Shown piece by piece: positions 1 to 9,670 of a DNA stretch of 64,000 nucleotides. Source of the DNA: Bacillota bacterium (GTDB taxonomy: Bacteria; Bacillota_I; Bacilli_A; ML615J-28; CAG-313); assembly GCA_963648435.1 (NCBI GenBank), contig CAVJDT010000001.1, positions 28,524-92,523 of the forward strand, written 5' to 3'. Within the stretch, counting starts at the first letter, position 1. The number at the start of each line of letters is the position of its first letter. Made by a program: the position numbers and the translations under genes. Under the pieces are notes generated by a model, which worked only from the letters and a program-made list of their open reading frames with translations, searched no databases and was not told the DNA's origin.

Positions 1-451
1 CCTATTTCAAGGTATTATGCCGATGATTGGTTGGATTTGTGTCCACACAATAGTCGAAAAATTTAAAGTATTTGAATACTTTATTCCCTGGATTGCTTTA
101 ATCCTTTTACTTTATATTGGGGGAAAAATGGTATTTGGATATTTTAAAAAAGGTAAAGAAGAGGAAGAAGCTGAAAAAATGAGTTTTCATACCTTACTTA
201 TTCAAGGGGTTGCAACTTCAATAGATGCTTTATCAGTAGGTTTTACAATAGCAGAGTACGATTTAAATATTGCAATCATCAGTGTTTTAATAATAGCTTG
301 TACAACTTTCATTATTTGTTTAATTGGCGTAATACTAGGCAAAAAATTTGGTACTAAATTTTCAAGTAAAGCTGAATTAATAGGTGGAATTATATTAATT
401 TGTATTGGCTTAGAAATTTTTATTAGCGGAATGATTTCTTTATATTCATAA
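1..451 (+). CDS. mntP: Manganese efflux pump MntP family (DUF204) membrane protein, N-terminally truncated by window edge
   Basis: ORF 17..451 is open to the window start. It carries conserved MntP-like blocks (GGKM..G, SIDALSVG, LGKKFG, AELIGGIILICIGLEI) and multiple TM helices. Confidence 0.7.
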   Translation, partial: LFQGIMPMIGWICVHTIVEKFKVFEYFIPWIALILLLYIGGKMVFGYFKKGKEEEEAEKMSFHTLLIQGVATSIDALSVGFTIAEYDLNIAIISVLIIACTTFIICLIGVILGKKFGTKFSSKAELIGGIILICIGLEIFISGMISLYS

Positions 452-485
452 CACAAGAGAAATACTTATAAAATTCGCTATATTT

Positions 486-520
486 GACATTTACTACTTA
501 TTGTAGTATAATATACATGT
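486..520 (+). promoter_or_regulatory. sigma70-type promoter (TTGACA-17-TATAAT) for downstream small membrane protein gene
   Basis: ttgacatttactacttattgtagtataat, read directly. Confidence 0.55.
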
Positions 521-556
521 ATCGTTTGATGCGGGTATTATGAAAGGAAAAATAGT

Positions 557-967
557 ATGAAAAAGTTTGGTCAATATTACATTAATCTTTTTAAGAAGTA
601 TGGTGTTTTAATTCCTATTGTTATTGTAACGTTGATTTTTGTTGCATTATTATTTATGGATAAAAATGATGTATTTACTTCATTATTAGATAATAGTAAA
701 ACTGGATTTATTATTCTAACTGTTGTAGGTTGTGTGGTAATGATAGCGTGTGGTGTATTAGTTATATTAAAAGTTAAAAATAAAGAAGTTACAGTTGCTG
801 ACTTATGTTTGGAAATGGTTTCAGTATTATCATTAATTATGTTAATTACGTTTTGTTTTGAACCAGGTAAGCCAGGGTCTATTGTCACTATATTAAAATG
901 GGTTATTACCGCAGTTTTATTAGTAGGAAGTTTAGCCATTAGTTTTATGAGGTCAAAATCAATATGA
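557..967 (+). CDS. Small polytopic membrane protein, hypothetical
   Basis: 136-aa ORF with 4 predicted hydrophobic helices; the ATG is preceded by aaaggaaaaatag. Confidence 0.5.
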   Translation: MKKFGQYYINLFKKYGVLIPIVIVTLIFVALLFMDKNDVFTSLLDNSKTGFIILTVVGCVVMIACGVLVILKVKNKEVTVADLCLEMVSVLSLIMLITFCFEPGKPGSIVTILKWVITAVLLVGSLAISFMRSKSI

Positions 968-1074
968 GAATAAGTGCTTAGGCACTTTTTTTGTCTTTTA
1001 TTTTAAAAAACGTTTTCAAGTGGCAATTCATTGCAATTTAAAAGTTATATGGTAAAATATATATGAAGCTAATA

Positions 1075-1202
1075 AATCGTATAAATTCGATAATATGGTT
1101 CGAAAGTCTCTACCCTGTTACCTTAAATAGCAGGACTACGATTAAAGCGGTAACGAGTGTTACTCTTTTTCCGTTCGAGAGGCGTGTTAGTCTCTCTTTT
1201 TG
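1075..1202 (+). promoter_or_regulatory. Purine (guanine-type) riboswitch aptamer plus intrinsic terminator expression platform
   Basis: P1 aatcgta/tacgatt, P2 ttcga..tcgaa, J2/3 agtctctacc and P3 cctgt..acagg with loop ttaaata match the purine riboswitch consensus. There is a C before the P1 3' strand (guanine-specific). Two hairpins with U-runs follow (1150-1170, 1177-1202). The element sits upstream of an AzgA-type permease. Confidence 0.8.
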
Positions 1203-1250
1203 TTATATTTATTCATGTTTTATTGGCTTCAAAATAATCAGGAGGAAAAC

Positions 1251-2705
1251 ATGAAAAAATTTTTGAACAAGGTTTTCAAAATAGAAGAAAACCAAACGAC
1301 AATTAAAACTGAAATAATTGCCGGTGTTACAACTTTTTTTGCAATGTGTTACATTGTAATAGTAAATCCTAATCAAATGACGGGTTTTTTACAAATTGAT
1401 GGTGCATCTCAAATATGGAATGCTTGCTTTATTGGTGGAATTATCGCTGCAGTAATCGCAACTCTATGTATGGCGTTTATTGCTAACAAGCCATTTTGTC
1501 TTGCGGCTGGAATGGGACTTAATTCATTCTTTTATGTTTCATTTATAATTCCTTGCTTGTTATTTGATAAAGAAACAGGTGAATTGATCAAAGCTGAAAC
1601 TCCTTTAGTGGATGGTTATCAAGCTGGTCTTGTCATCATTTTAATATCAGGTATTATATTTTTGCTTCTATCCCTTACTGGTCTTAGAAAATATATTGCA
1701 AAAGCATTACCTACTTGTCTTAAAACAGCAATTCCAGCGGGTATTGGTCTATTTATTGCATTTATTGGTTTACAAAATAGTGGTATTGTTGTTCCTAATC
1801 AATACACTGCAGTTGCATTAACTAATTTTACAAAAGGTGCATCAACAGCAATCCCAGCTATTGTCGCATTTATTGGTTTAATACTAATAATTGTGTTCAC
1901 AAAATCAAAAGTTAAACTATTAAATAAAATAGCAATTATTTTAGGAATTATTTGCTCAACCGCATTATATTATGTTTGTTGCTTAATATTTAATGTTGAA
2001 ATTCCAAAGGTTACAAATATTTCCATAGCTACAACGTTTAAAGATTGGTTTGAAGTTGGCTTAGGCGGTTGCTTTAAAGGATTCAAAACAGTGTTTGAAG
2101 GAAAACTATTGGGTGGTATCATTAGTGTAATTATGTTAGCTATTACATATGCACTTGTTGATATGTTTGATACACTTGGTACTGTTTATGGTGCATCAGC
2201 TGAAGCTGGATTGTTAGATGAAAATGGTGATCCTATTGACCTAGGAAAAGAAATGCTCTGTGATGCCATTGGCACAGTTGTAGGTGCAGGTACTGGTACT
2301 TCAACTATTACAACTTTTGTTGAATCAAGTGCTGGGGTTGCGGCAGGAGGAAGAACAGGTCTTGCGGCATTTGTTACGGCTAGTTTATTTATAATTTGTC
2401 TATTTGTATCACCGATTGTTAAATATGTTCCTCAATGTGCAACGGCACCTGCTTTAATTTATGTTGGTATTTTAATGTGTAAGAATATTGTAAAGGTCGA
2501 CTTTACGGATATTGCTTCTGCAGCAACCGCATTTGTTACATTTATAATGATGATCGCAACTTATTCAATTAGTAATGGTATTATGATTGGTGCTATTACA
2601 TATGTATTAATAACTTTATTAACCGGTAAATATGGTAAAAAAGACATTGTTGTCACAATTATCGCATTACTTGGTATTTTAAGATTTGCCTTTGTGGCAA
2701 TGTAA
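1251..2705 (+). CDS. pbuG: AzgA-family (NCS2, COG2252-like) guanine/hypoxanthine permease
   Basis: The N-terminus FLNKVFKIEENQTTIKTEIIAG.TTFFAMCYIVIVNP matches the AzgA/PbuG family signature, and there are about 12 TM segments. An RBS aggagg precedes the ATG at 1251 (the track ORF starts earlier, at 1200). The gene lies downstream of a guanine riboswitch. Confidence 0.8.
   Translation: MKKFLNKVFKIEENQTTIKTEIIAGVTTFFAMCYIVIVNPNQMTGFLQIDGASQIWNACFIGGIIAAVIATLCMAFIANKPFCLAAGMGLNSFFYVSFIIPCLLFDKETGELIKAETPLVDGYQAGLVIILISGIIFLLLSLTGLRKYIAKALPTCLKTAIPAGIGLFIAFIGLQNSGIVVPNQYTAVALTNFTKGASTAIPAIVAFIGLILIIVFTKSKVKLLNKIAIILGIICSTALYYVCCLIFNVEIPKVTNISIATTFKDWFEVGLGGCFKGFKTVFEGKLLGGIISVIMLAITYALVDMFDTLGTVYGASAEAGLLDENGDPIDLGKEMLCDAIGTVVGAGTGTSTITTFVESSAGVAAGGRTGLAAFVTASLFIICLFVSPIVKYVPQCATAPALIYVGILMCKNIVKVDFTDIASAATAFVTFIMMIATYSISNGIMIGAITYVLITLLTGKYGKKDIVVTIIALLGILRFAFVAM
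2270..2700 (+). repeat. About 430-bp near-identical segment shared with 5410..5840 (3' parts of the two AzgA paralogs)
   Basis: Long identical stretches (for example gcaggtactggtacttcaactatta..., gttaaatatgttcctcaatgtgcaacggcacctgctttaatttatgttgg, and the final 150 nt) contrast with roughly 75% identity in the 5' parts. Confidence 0.7.
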
Positions 2706-2792
2706 GGAGGAAAGCAAAATGTTAAATATGATGAATACTAATTTATATAATAAAGCTGAAATGTTTAACATTTACTTTTTAATATTTTTAAA

Positions 2793-2822
2793 ATAAGAGT
2801 TTTTTAGCTCTTATTTTTTTTT
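2793..2822 (+). terminator. Rho-independent terminator
   Basis: ataagag..ctcttat stem followed by a T9 run. Confidence 0.6.
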
Positions 2823-2839
2823 AAAAAAAGGAGAAAACA

Positions 2840-4207
2840 ATGAATACAAACGAAACTCAAACATTACAACCTAATTATCGTCCCCCCGTTCATAAATGGA
2901 TTTTACTAAGCTTTCAACATGTATTTGCAATGTTTAGTGCAAATGTTTTGGTACCTATCTTGACTGGACTTCCAATTTCTGTTGCATTATTTGCATCTGG
3001 TTTAGGAACATTAATTTATATTTTATGTACAAAAGCAAAAGTTCCAATTTATCTAGGTTCTAGTTTTGCATATATAGAGTATATACTTGCGGTGAGTGTA
3101 ACAACTAATATTGAAGGAAATGATGTAATAACATCATATGGACCTGCCCTTACTGGTCTTGTTGCAGTAGGATTAATTTATGCAATTGTTGCGGGTTTTA
3201 TTAAAATATTCGGAACTAGTTGGCTTAAAAAGATTTTACCACCTATTGTAATTGGACCAATGATTATGGTAATTGGACTTGGACTATCAAGTAGCGCTAT
3301 CTCTAATACAGGTATGATACAAAATGGTGATTGGAGAGCCATAATCGTGGCCTTTGCGACACTATTAATTATTGCCTTTACCGCAATTTTGTCTAAAAAG
3401 TTTTTAAAGGTTGTACCATTTTTAATTGGTATAATTGGTGGCTATGTTGTTGCGATTATTCTAAATTTTATTCCTAATGGTGATGCTAAACTAATTGATT
3501 TTAATAGTTTAATTTCAGTTATTAAAACTCCAAGTCAGTGGTTTGCTATCCCTAAATTTATAATTATGGGATGGAAAGACCAAGAACTAGGATTAGGCAT
3601 TTCCATGTATAAAGTTAGTTTTGGAGCGATTATTACGGTAATTCCTCTTGCTTTTGCAACAATTTGTGAACATATTGGAGATCATGAAGTATTAGGACAA
3701 ATTACAAAAAAAGATTATTTAGCTGATCCTGGATTACATCGAACATTACTTGGTGATGGTATTGCAACTTCAGTTGCTGGAATGATAGGTGGTCCTGCAA
3801 ATACATCATATGGTGAAAATACATCAGTTGTTGGACTTACTAAAGTTGGTTCAGTATGGGTGACTGGTCTCGCCGCAATTTTTGCGATTTTACTTTCTTT
3901 TTGTAATGTATTTACCGTATTAATTTCAACCATTCCATCTGCGGTAATGGGAGGAGTATGCTTGATATTATATGGTTTTATCGCCGCAAATGGTCTTAAA
4001 ACTTTATTAGATGCTAAAGTTGATTTAAACAATATAAGAAATCTAATCATTATTTCGGCTATTTTAATAATTGGAATTGGTGGTGCTGCTATATATAATA
4101 AGAATGGTATGAAAATATTTACTAGTGTTGCCTTATCAACAATTGTTGGAATAGTTCTAAATTTAATATTACCTAAAAATAAAGAAAATGAAGAAAAAGC
4201 AAATTAG
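2840..4207 (+). CDS. NCS2 family (COG2233-type) xanthine/uracil permease
   Basis: 455-aa polytopic protein. The N-terminal KWILLSFQHVFAMFSANVLVPIL and the GxxxG-rich helices are typical of UraA/PbuX-type permeases. Confidence 0.75.
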   Translation: MNTNETQTLQPNYRPPVHKWILLSFQHVFAMFSANVLVPILTGLPISVALFASGLGTLIYILCTKAKVPIYLGSSFAYIEYILAVSVTTNIEGNDVITSYGPALTGLVAVGLIYAIVAGFIKIFGTSWLKKILPPIVIGPMIMVIGLGLSSSAISNTGMIQNGDWRAIIVAFATLLIIAFTAILSKKFLKVVPFLIGIIGGYVVAIILNFIPNGDAKLIDFNSLISVIKTPSQWFAIPKFIIMGWKDQELGLGISMYKVSFGAIITVIPLAFATICEHIGDHEVLGQITKKDYLADPGLHRTLLGDGIATSVAGMIGGPANTSYGENTSVVGLTKVGSVWVTGLAAIFAILLSFCNVFTVLISTIPSAVMGGVCLILYGFIAANGLKTLLDAKVDLNNIRNLIIISAILIIGIGGAAIYNKNGMKIFTSVALSTIVGIVLNLILPKNKENEEKAN

Positions 4208-4233
4208 CACTTTTTCTGCTATTTATATAATTA

Positions 4234-4267
4234 GAAATTCTACTGATATTAGTAGAATTTTTTTTTA
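4234..4267 (+). terminator. Rho-independent terminator
   Basis: gaaattctact-gatatt-agtagaattt hairpin followed by a T-run. Confidence 0.65.
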
Positions 4268-4406
4268 AAGTAAATTCATTGCAATTAAAAAATAATATGT
4301 TAAAATTAGGTTAAGTAAATAAATTGAAATATGTTAAAAAATGATTATGATTTAATGACATATTATCTTTATTTATATTTATTGACTTTAATAAAAGGAG
4401 GAAAAT

Positions 4407-5845
4407 ATGAAAAATTTTTTGAACAAGGTTTTCAAAATAGAAGAAAATCAAACAACAATTAAAACCGAAATAATTGCAGGTATCACAACTTTTTTTGCAA
4501 TGTGTTACATTGTAATTGTAAATCCTAATGAAATGACCGGTGGAGTTCAAATTCCTGAAATGACAAAAGTTTGGAATGCTTGCTTTATTGGTGGTATTAT
4601 TGCAGCCGCAATCGCAACAATTTGTATGGCTTTTATTGCTAATAAACCGTTTTCACTAGCTGCAGGTATGGGACTTAATTCCTTTTTCTTTGTTTCATTT
4701 ATTATGCCTTGTTTAATATATGGTGAGAATAATACTGTATCAGAAGGCATATCAGTTGTTAAAGGATATCAAACGGGTTTAGTAGTAATTTTATTTTCTT
4801 AATATTATCACTTACCGGATTTAGAAAATATATTGCTAAAAGTTTGCCAAATTGTCTTAAAACAGCCATGTCTGCAGGAATTGGTTTGTTTGTTGCTTTT
4901 ATTGGCTTACAAAATAGCGGTATTGTTGTGCCTAATGAGCATACCGCGGTTTCTTTAGCAGATTTTGCTAGTGGTAATCCTAAGATTGTTATTCCCGCAT
5001 TAGTTGCGTTTATAGGGTTTATTTTAATAATTGTTCTTTCTAAGTGTAAGTTTAAAGTAATAAAACAATTGTCAATTATCTTAGGAATTATTGGTTCAAC
5101 TATTTTATATTATGTTTTATGTCTAATTTTTAAAGTCGATAATGGAACTATTGAAAGTATTTCCGTTGCCAAGTCATTTAAAGATTGGTTTGATGTTGGC
5201 TTTGCGGGGGCATTTAAAGGCTTTAAACATGCATTTGATTGGAAAATAATTAGTGGTGTATTTAGCATGATAATGCTTGTATTAACATATACTCTTGTTG
5301 ATATGTTTGAAACGTTAGGTACAGTTTATGGCACTTCATCTGAAGCTAATATGCTTGATGAAAATGGTGACCCTACTGGTTTAGGTGAAATAATGCTATG
5401 CGATGCAATTGGTACAGTTGCAGGTGCAGGTACTGGTACTTCAACTATTACCACTTTTGTTGAATCAAGTGCTGGGGTTGCGGCAGGAGGAAGAACAGGT
5501 CTTGCATCACTAGTTACAGCAGTTTTATTACTAGCATGCTTATTTGCGGCTCCAATAGTTAAATATGTTCCTCAATGTGCAACGGCACCTGCTTTAATTT
5601 ATGTTGGTGTTTTAATGAGTAAAAATATCGTAAAAGTTGATTTTAATGATATTACTTCAGCAGCGACAGGATTTATGACATTTGTAATGACTATTGCAAC
5701 TTATTCAATTAGTAATGGTATTATGATTGGTGCTATTACATATGTATTAATAACTTTATTAACTGGTAAATATGGTAAAAAAGATATCGTTGTAACAATC
5801 ATTGCACTACTTGGTATTTTAAGATTTGCTTTTGTTGCACTATAA
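4407..5845 (+). pseudogene. AzgA-family purine permease paralog disrupted by a 13-bp deletion (frameshift near 4795)
   Basis: ORFs 4407..4802 and 4844..5845 are collinear with the N- and C-terminal parts of 1251..2705. Nucleotide alignment at the junction shows 13 nt missing relative to the paralog (gtcatcattttaatatcaggtattatatttttgcttctat versus gtagtaattttattttcttaatattat). There is no riboswitch upstream. Confidence 0.75.
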
Positions 5846-5855
5846 AAATAAAAAA

Positions 5856-5886
5856 ATACGTTGATAATGCTTCAACGTATTTTTTA
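5856..5886 (+). terminator. Rho-independent terminator
   Basis: acgttga-taatgct-tcaacgt hairpin followed by a T-run. Confidence 0.65.
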
Positions 5887-6226
5887 AGCATAATTGGCAT
5901 AACGATAATTAAATATAAATCACATGCAATAAAATACATAAATTTTTTGTCTTATTATATGAAAGATAATTTTTAATAGGATGGTAAAATAACTATAAAA
6001 CTATTTTTAGTTTAACATAATGAAAAATTGACAATGTAGCATTTAGAAAGTTTTATATGTTATGAAATAATCTAATAAAATTTATTGATTATAAAAATAC
6101 AAAAAGTAAATTTATGGTATTGGTTAAATTAGTATGATATAATGGCCTTAACATACGTGAATTCAAATTAATAATTGTATTTATAACATTAACTATTGTA
6201 AACATTACAGAAAGGAGACTAAAGTT

Positions 6227-6685
6227 ATGATAAAGAAATTAACTAAACTATTTTTAATATTGGGTGTGATTCTCTTTAGTTCTTTAATTTTTTCTTGCAA
6301 AACAAAATCTTTTGAAGTTGTAGAAGGAAAATTTGTTTGTGATAAAGAAGAATTTTATGGAGAACTAGAATTGCATAGAATATCTGAAAAAGAATTTGTA
6401 AATTCAAACGGATTAAATGTTTTTAAAATAGATTATGGTAGAGGATATCAATATTATTCAGTTTCTTTATATGTAATATTTCAAGATACCGAAGAAAAAG
6501 TATATTTAGATTTTAAAAATTTAGAAGTAGAAGAAATGAGAAAAATTACGTTCAAAAATTATTTTTGGTTGGATGAAGATGGTCATATGCTTTATCCAAG
6601 TAAATCAAATGTACTAGTCACTTATAAAACTGATAATTTTCATATTATAGGTAGCTTTTATCAAAAAGATTTAGGAGGAGAATAA
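6227..6685 (+). CDS. Small lipoprotein, hypothetical
   Basis: Signal peptide with lipobox LIFSC; 152 aa; RBS aaaggagact. Confidence 0.6.
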   Translation: MIKKLTKLFLILGVILFSSLIFSCKTKSFEVVEGKFVCDKEEFYGELELHRISEKEFVNSNGLNVFKIDYGRGYQYYSVSLYVIFQDTEEKVYLDFKNLEVEEMRKITFKNYFWLDEDGHMLYPSKSNVLVTYKTDNFHIIGSFYQKDLGGE

Positions 6686-6686
6686 G

Positions 6687-7136
6687 ATGAAGAGATTTAG
6701 TAAACTATTTTTAGTATTGGATGTGATTCTCTTTAGCTCTTTAATTTTTTTCTTGCATAACAAAATTCTTTGAAGTTGTAGAAGAAAAATTTGTTTGTGA
6801 TAAAGAAGAATTTTATGGAGAATTATATAGAATATCTGAAAAAGAATTTGTAAATTCAAACGGATTAAATGTTTTTAAAATAGATTATGGTAGAGGATAT
6901 CAATACTATTCAGTTTCTTTATATGTAATATTTCAAAATACAGAAGAAAAAGTATATTTAGATTTTAAAAATTTAGAAGTAAAAGAAATGAGAAAAGTTG
7001 GACTCAGACATTATTTTTGGCTGGAGAAGATGGTCATATGCTTTGTCCAAGGAAATCAAATGTACTAGTTACTTATAAAACTGATGATTTTAATATTATA
7101 GGTAGCTTTTATCAAAAAGATTTAGAAGGAGAATAA
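6687..7136 (+). pseudogene. Degenerate tandem duplicate of lipoprotein gene 6227..6685
   Basis: About 90% nucleotide identity to the preceding unit, with indels (a T7 run instead of T6, small deletions) that break the frame. The same RBS+ATG junction ggagaataagatgaag flanks the unit on both sides. Confidence 0.65.
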
Positions 7137-7137
7137 G

Positions 7138-8947
7138 ATGAAGAAAAAAAATTTTGTATTTTTGTGTATGTCTTCAATGAATAACAAAAAAGTATATGCT
7201 AGTGATGCAAATATAGACAACATAAATGAATCACTTGATAATTTTGATAATGAAACGATTAAAATGAAGATATGTTAACAACTAGTGAAACTAGAAGTAA
7301 TTCGGATGGAACTGATTACTCGGGTGCTATTAAAAATATATTATTATATTTAAACGATAATTATTCTGACTATACTTGGTATCAAGGTAAAATATGCTCG
7401 ACGAAAATGATTTCAAATGAAATTCCTATTAATGTGCAAAGATGTTTATTTCCAAAAGATGACGTGCAACAGGCTATAGCTAATACAGGTATTAGAAGTA
7501 GTTATGGAGGATGTGGCCCTATTGCTATGCTAGGTATATTAGATTATTTTGCAAGATATTTAGGATATGATGAAATAATTGATGATCTGACAAGTTCAAT
7601 TCAAAGGGTAAGATTAGCTGAAGATGTTTTTAATACTGTTACTACATATGAAATTGGTGATTTAGGCAATAAAAATACCTTAACTCTTCCTTGACATTAC
7701 GTCTCAGCATTTAATGAACTAATGAAAAATTATGGCTTAGAAGGACATATTGTTGCGGATTATGAAAGTTCTATTTTAATAGGAAATAATAAAAATAAAT
7801 ATATGAAAATTATTAAAGAATATATTCCAAGAGGAATTCCAGTTACAATGTATATGGGCTTAAACACAGGAGAAAAGGATTTTGCTGAGCATTATGTGAA
7901 CATTTATGCCTACGAAGTTTGGTATGGATATCATAAAACAACTGAAGAAAGAATTGAAAAAACTTTTTTAAAAGCTAGAATAAATGGTCTTGCCAATAAT
8001 TATGGTTGGGATAATGATAAATATTATGCTGATTCGGAGATTTTAAATAATGCAAGTGTGTGAACTTATTTATTATGATATTAACTATGATAATGAAAAT
8101 GTAGTTATTGCATCTGATTTTTCTAGTCAATTTATTAATACTGATACTGGACAAGGTCAATATTTCAATGAGAAAAAAGAAGCAACAATAACAAGTGATA
8201 ATGGTTACACGTTTGATACGAGAAGATTAAGATGTAGTTATATTGAAAATCAATATTTAGTATTACAGCGAATAGAGAAAATACAGGACATACGTATTTA
8301 GAATTTAATTTTCCTAATGACATAAAGAAATTAAATTTTGACATGTCATTGTGGAGTGCAAAAGAATATTTAATAGATGGAGGTTCTTTATCTATACAAA
8401 TACCAATAGTAACTGAAAATGGGAGCATACTCTGGGTAAATCATATAGAATATGAAATTGCTGATTTATCGGTTATTAGAATACATCCAAGAAGTTATAG
8501 TGTATTATTTTTTGAAAATATATCAAGATTTAGATTTTTAGTAACTAAAAATTCACCATCTGGTGATAGAAATAAGGGAAGAATAGTTTTGATAATTTAA
8601 CTTTCTGCTTTGATGCTGAAGATGAACCACATGTGCATAATTGTGATTTCTATGAAATTACTGATAGAAATCATTACGGAAAATGTGCTTGTGGATATAA
8701 AAAAATGGCTCACATGCTGTTAGATCATCAGATTTAGGTGGAAGATATGCTAATTGTGTTGAATGTAACAAACAAATAGATTTAAATTCTGGTATTGTAG
8801 TTGTTTTACCATATAATATAAATGATAATATGAGAAGTGTTAACGGAAGTTATATTAGTTCTCAAGGGCTTATTATATTAGTTGATAAAGATATTGAAGC
8901 ATATATTAAAGGTACTTTGATTTTTTACAAAGAAGGTGAAGAATTAT
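7138..8947 (+). pseudogene. Secreted C39-like (papain-fold) peptidase-domain protein, fragmented by an in-frame TGA and multiple frameshifts
   Basis: A signal-peptide-like start (MKKKNFVFLCMSS...) is followed by consecutive + strand ORF pieces in alternating frames (7272..7694, 7722..8063, 8050..8301, 8343..8600, and others). There is a C39-like Cys motif SYGGCGPIAMLGILDYFARYLG and a His motif EHYVNIYAY. TGA at 7692-7694 lies in frame between two pieces. Confidence 0.55.
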
Positions 8948-8965
8948 AATTAAATAATTTTTAAG

Positions 8966-9003
8966 TCAAACTTAGAATCAAAAATTTTAAGTTTGATTTT
9001 TTT
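8966..9003 (+). terminator. Rho-independent terminator
   Basis: tcaaactta...taagtttga 9-bp stem followed by T7. Confidence 0.7.
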
Positions 9004-9105
9004 AACTTTGAGCTGTTGATAACAATAAGTCTTTAATTTGAAGATTTGAAGAGGAAAAAATTAATAAGTAAAAAAATGAATTAAAAAAACTACTAGTTAT
9101 TTAAC

Positions 9106-9134
9106 TTGCAAAAATTGCATTTTTTTGGTATAAT
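9106..9134 (+). promoter_or_regulatory. Consensus sigma70 promoter with extended -10 (TTGCAA-17-TGgTATAAT) for the hydrogenase operon
   Basis: ttgcaaaaattgcatttttttggtataat, read directly. Confidence 0.7.
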
Positions 9135-9169
9135 ACGTAAGAGCGAATTTATAAAATTTGTATTAAAAT

Positions 9170-9670
9170 ATGGAGGTTAATATGGCTCATTTAAGCGCAA
9201 ATGCTGTAAAGCAAATTGAAAGTATTATCGCAAGATATGAAAATGAAAATACTCCACTTATGATGATCTTAAGTGATATACAACGTGAGTATGGTTACAT
9301 TCCACTTGAAGTTCAAGAATTAATTTCAGAAAAAACGGGTATTCCTGTTGCTGAAATTTATGGAGTTGTAACATTTTATTCATTTTTTTCTTTAAATCCC
9401 AAAGGAAAATATGTTATTGGTGTATGTCTTGGAACTGCTTGTTATGTAAAAGGTTCACAACAAGTTATTGACAAATTCTCAGAGCTATTAAACATTAAAC
9501 CAGGAGAAACATCAGCTGATGGTTTATTCACACTTGATGCTCTTCGTTGTATTGGTGCATGTGGTATTGCTCCTGCCATTTCAATTAATGGTAAAGTATA
9601 TCCAAAAGTAGCTGTTAACCAAGTTGCTGGTATTATTGAAGAATATCGTAAATTAGGAGGTGCAAACTAA
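9170..9670 (+). CDS. hydC: [FeFe]-hydrogenase NuoE-like subunit (2Fe-2S, thioredoxin-like), HydC/HndA
   Basis: 166 aa. Cys pattern C..C...C..C (CLGTAC...CIGACG) typical of the NuoE/24-kDa family. It is the first gene of a three-gene operon with NuoF-like and HydA genes. Confidence 0.8.
   Translation: MEVNMAHLSANAVKQIESIIARYENENTPLMMILSDIQREYGYIPLEVQELISEKTGIPVAEIYGVVTFYSFFSLNPKGKYVIGVCLGTACYVKGSQQVIDKFSELLNIKPGETSADGLFTLDALRCIGACGIAPAISINGKVYPKVAVNQVAGIIEEYRKLGGAN

Noticed and set aside
3715-4050. Minus-strand ORFs inside well-supported + strand genes (e.g. 202..456, 577..939, 3715..4050, 10557..10853, 46523..46828, 49966..50205, 50616..50894, 29587..29769, 30537..30737)
   Set aside because: These are shadow ORFs antisense to conserved coding sequence, with no start signals and compositionally biased translations.
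7692-7694. TGA read as Trp (Mollicutes genetic code 4) to explain the in-frame TGA
   Set aside because: All long conserved genes (HydA/B, NtpA/B/I, ABC exporters, the 1252-aa lipoprotein) are open in the standard code without TGA interruptions. Other in-frame stops in decayed genes are TAA. So the standard code with pseudogenisation fits better.
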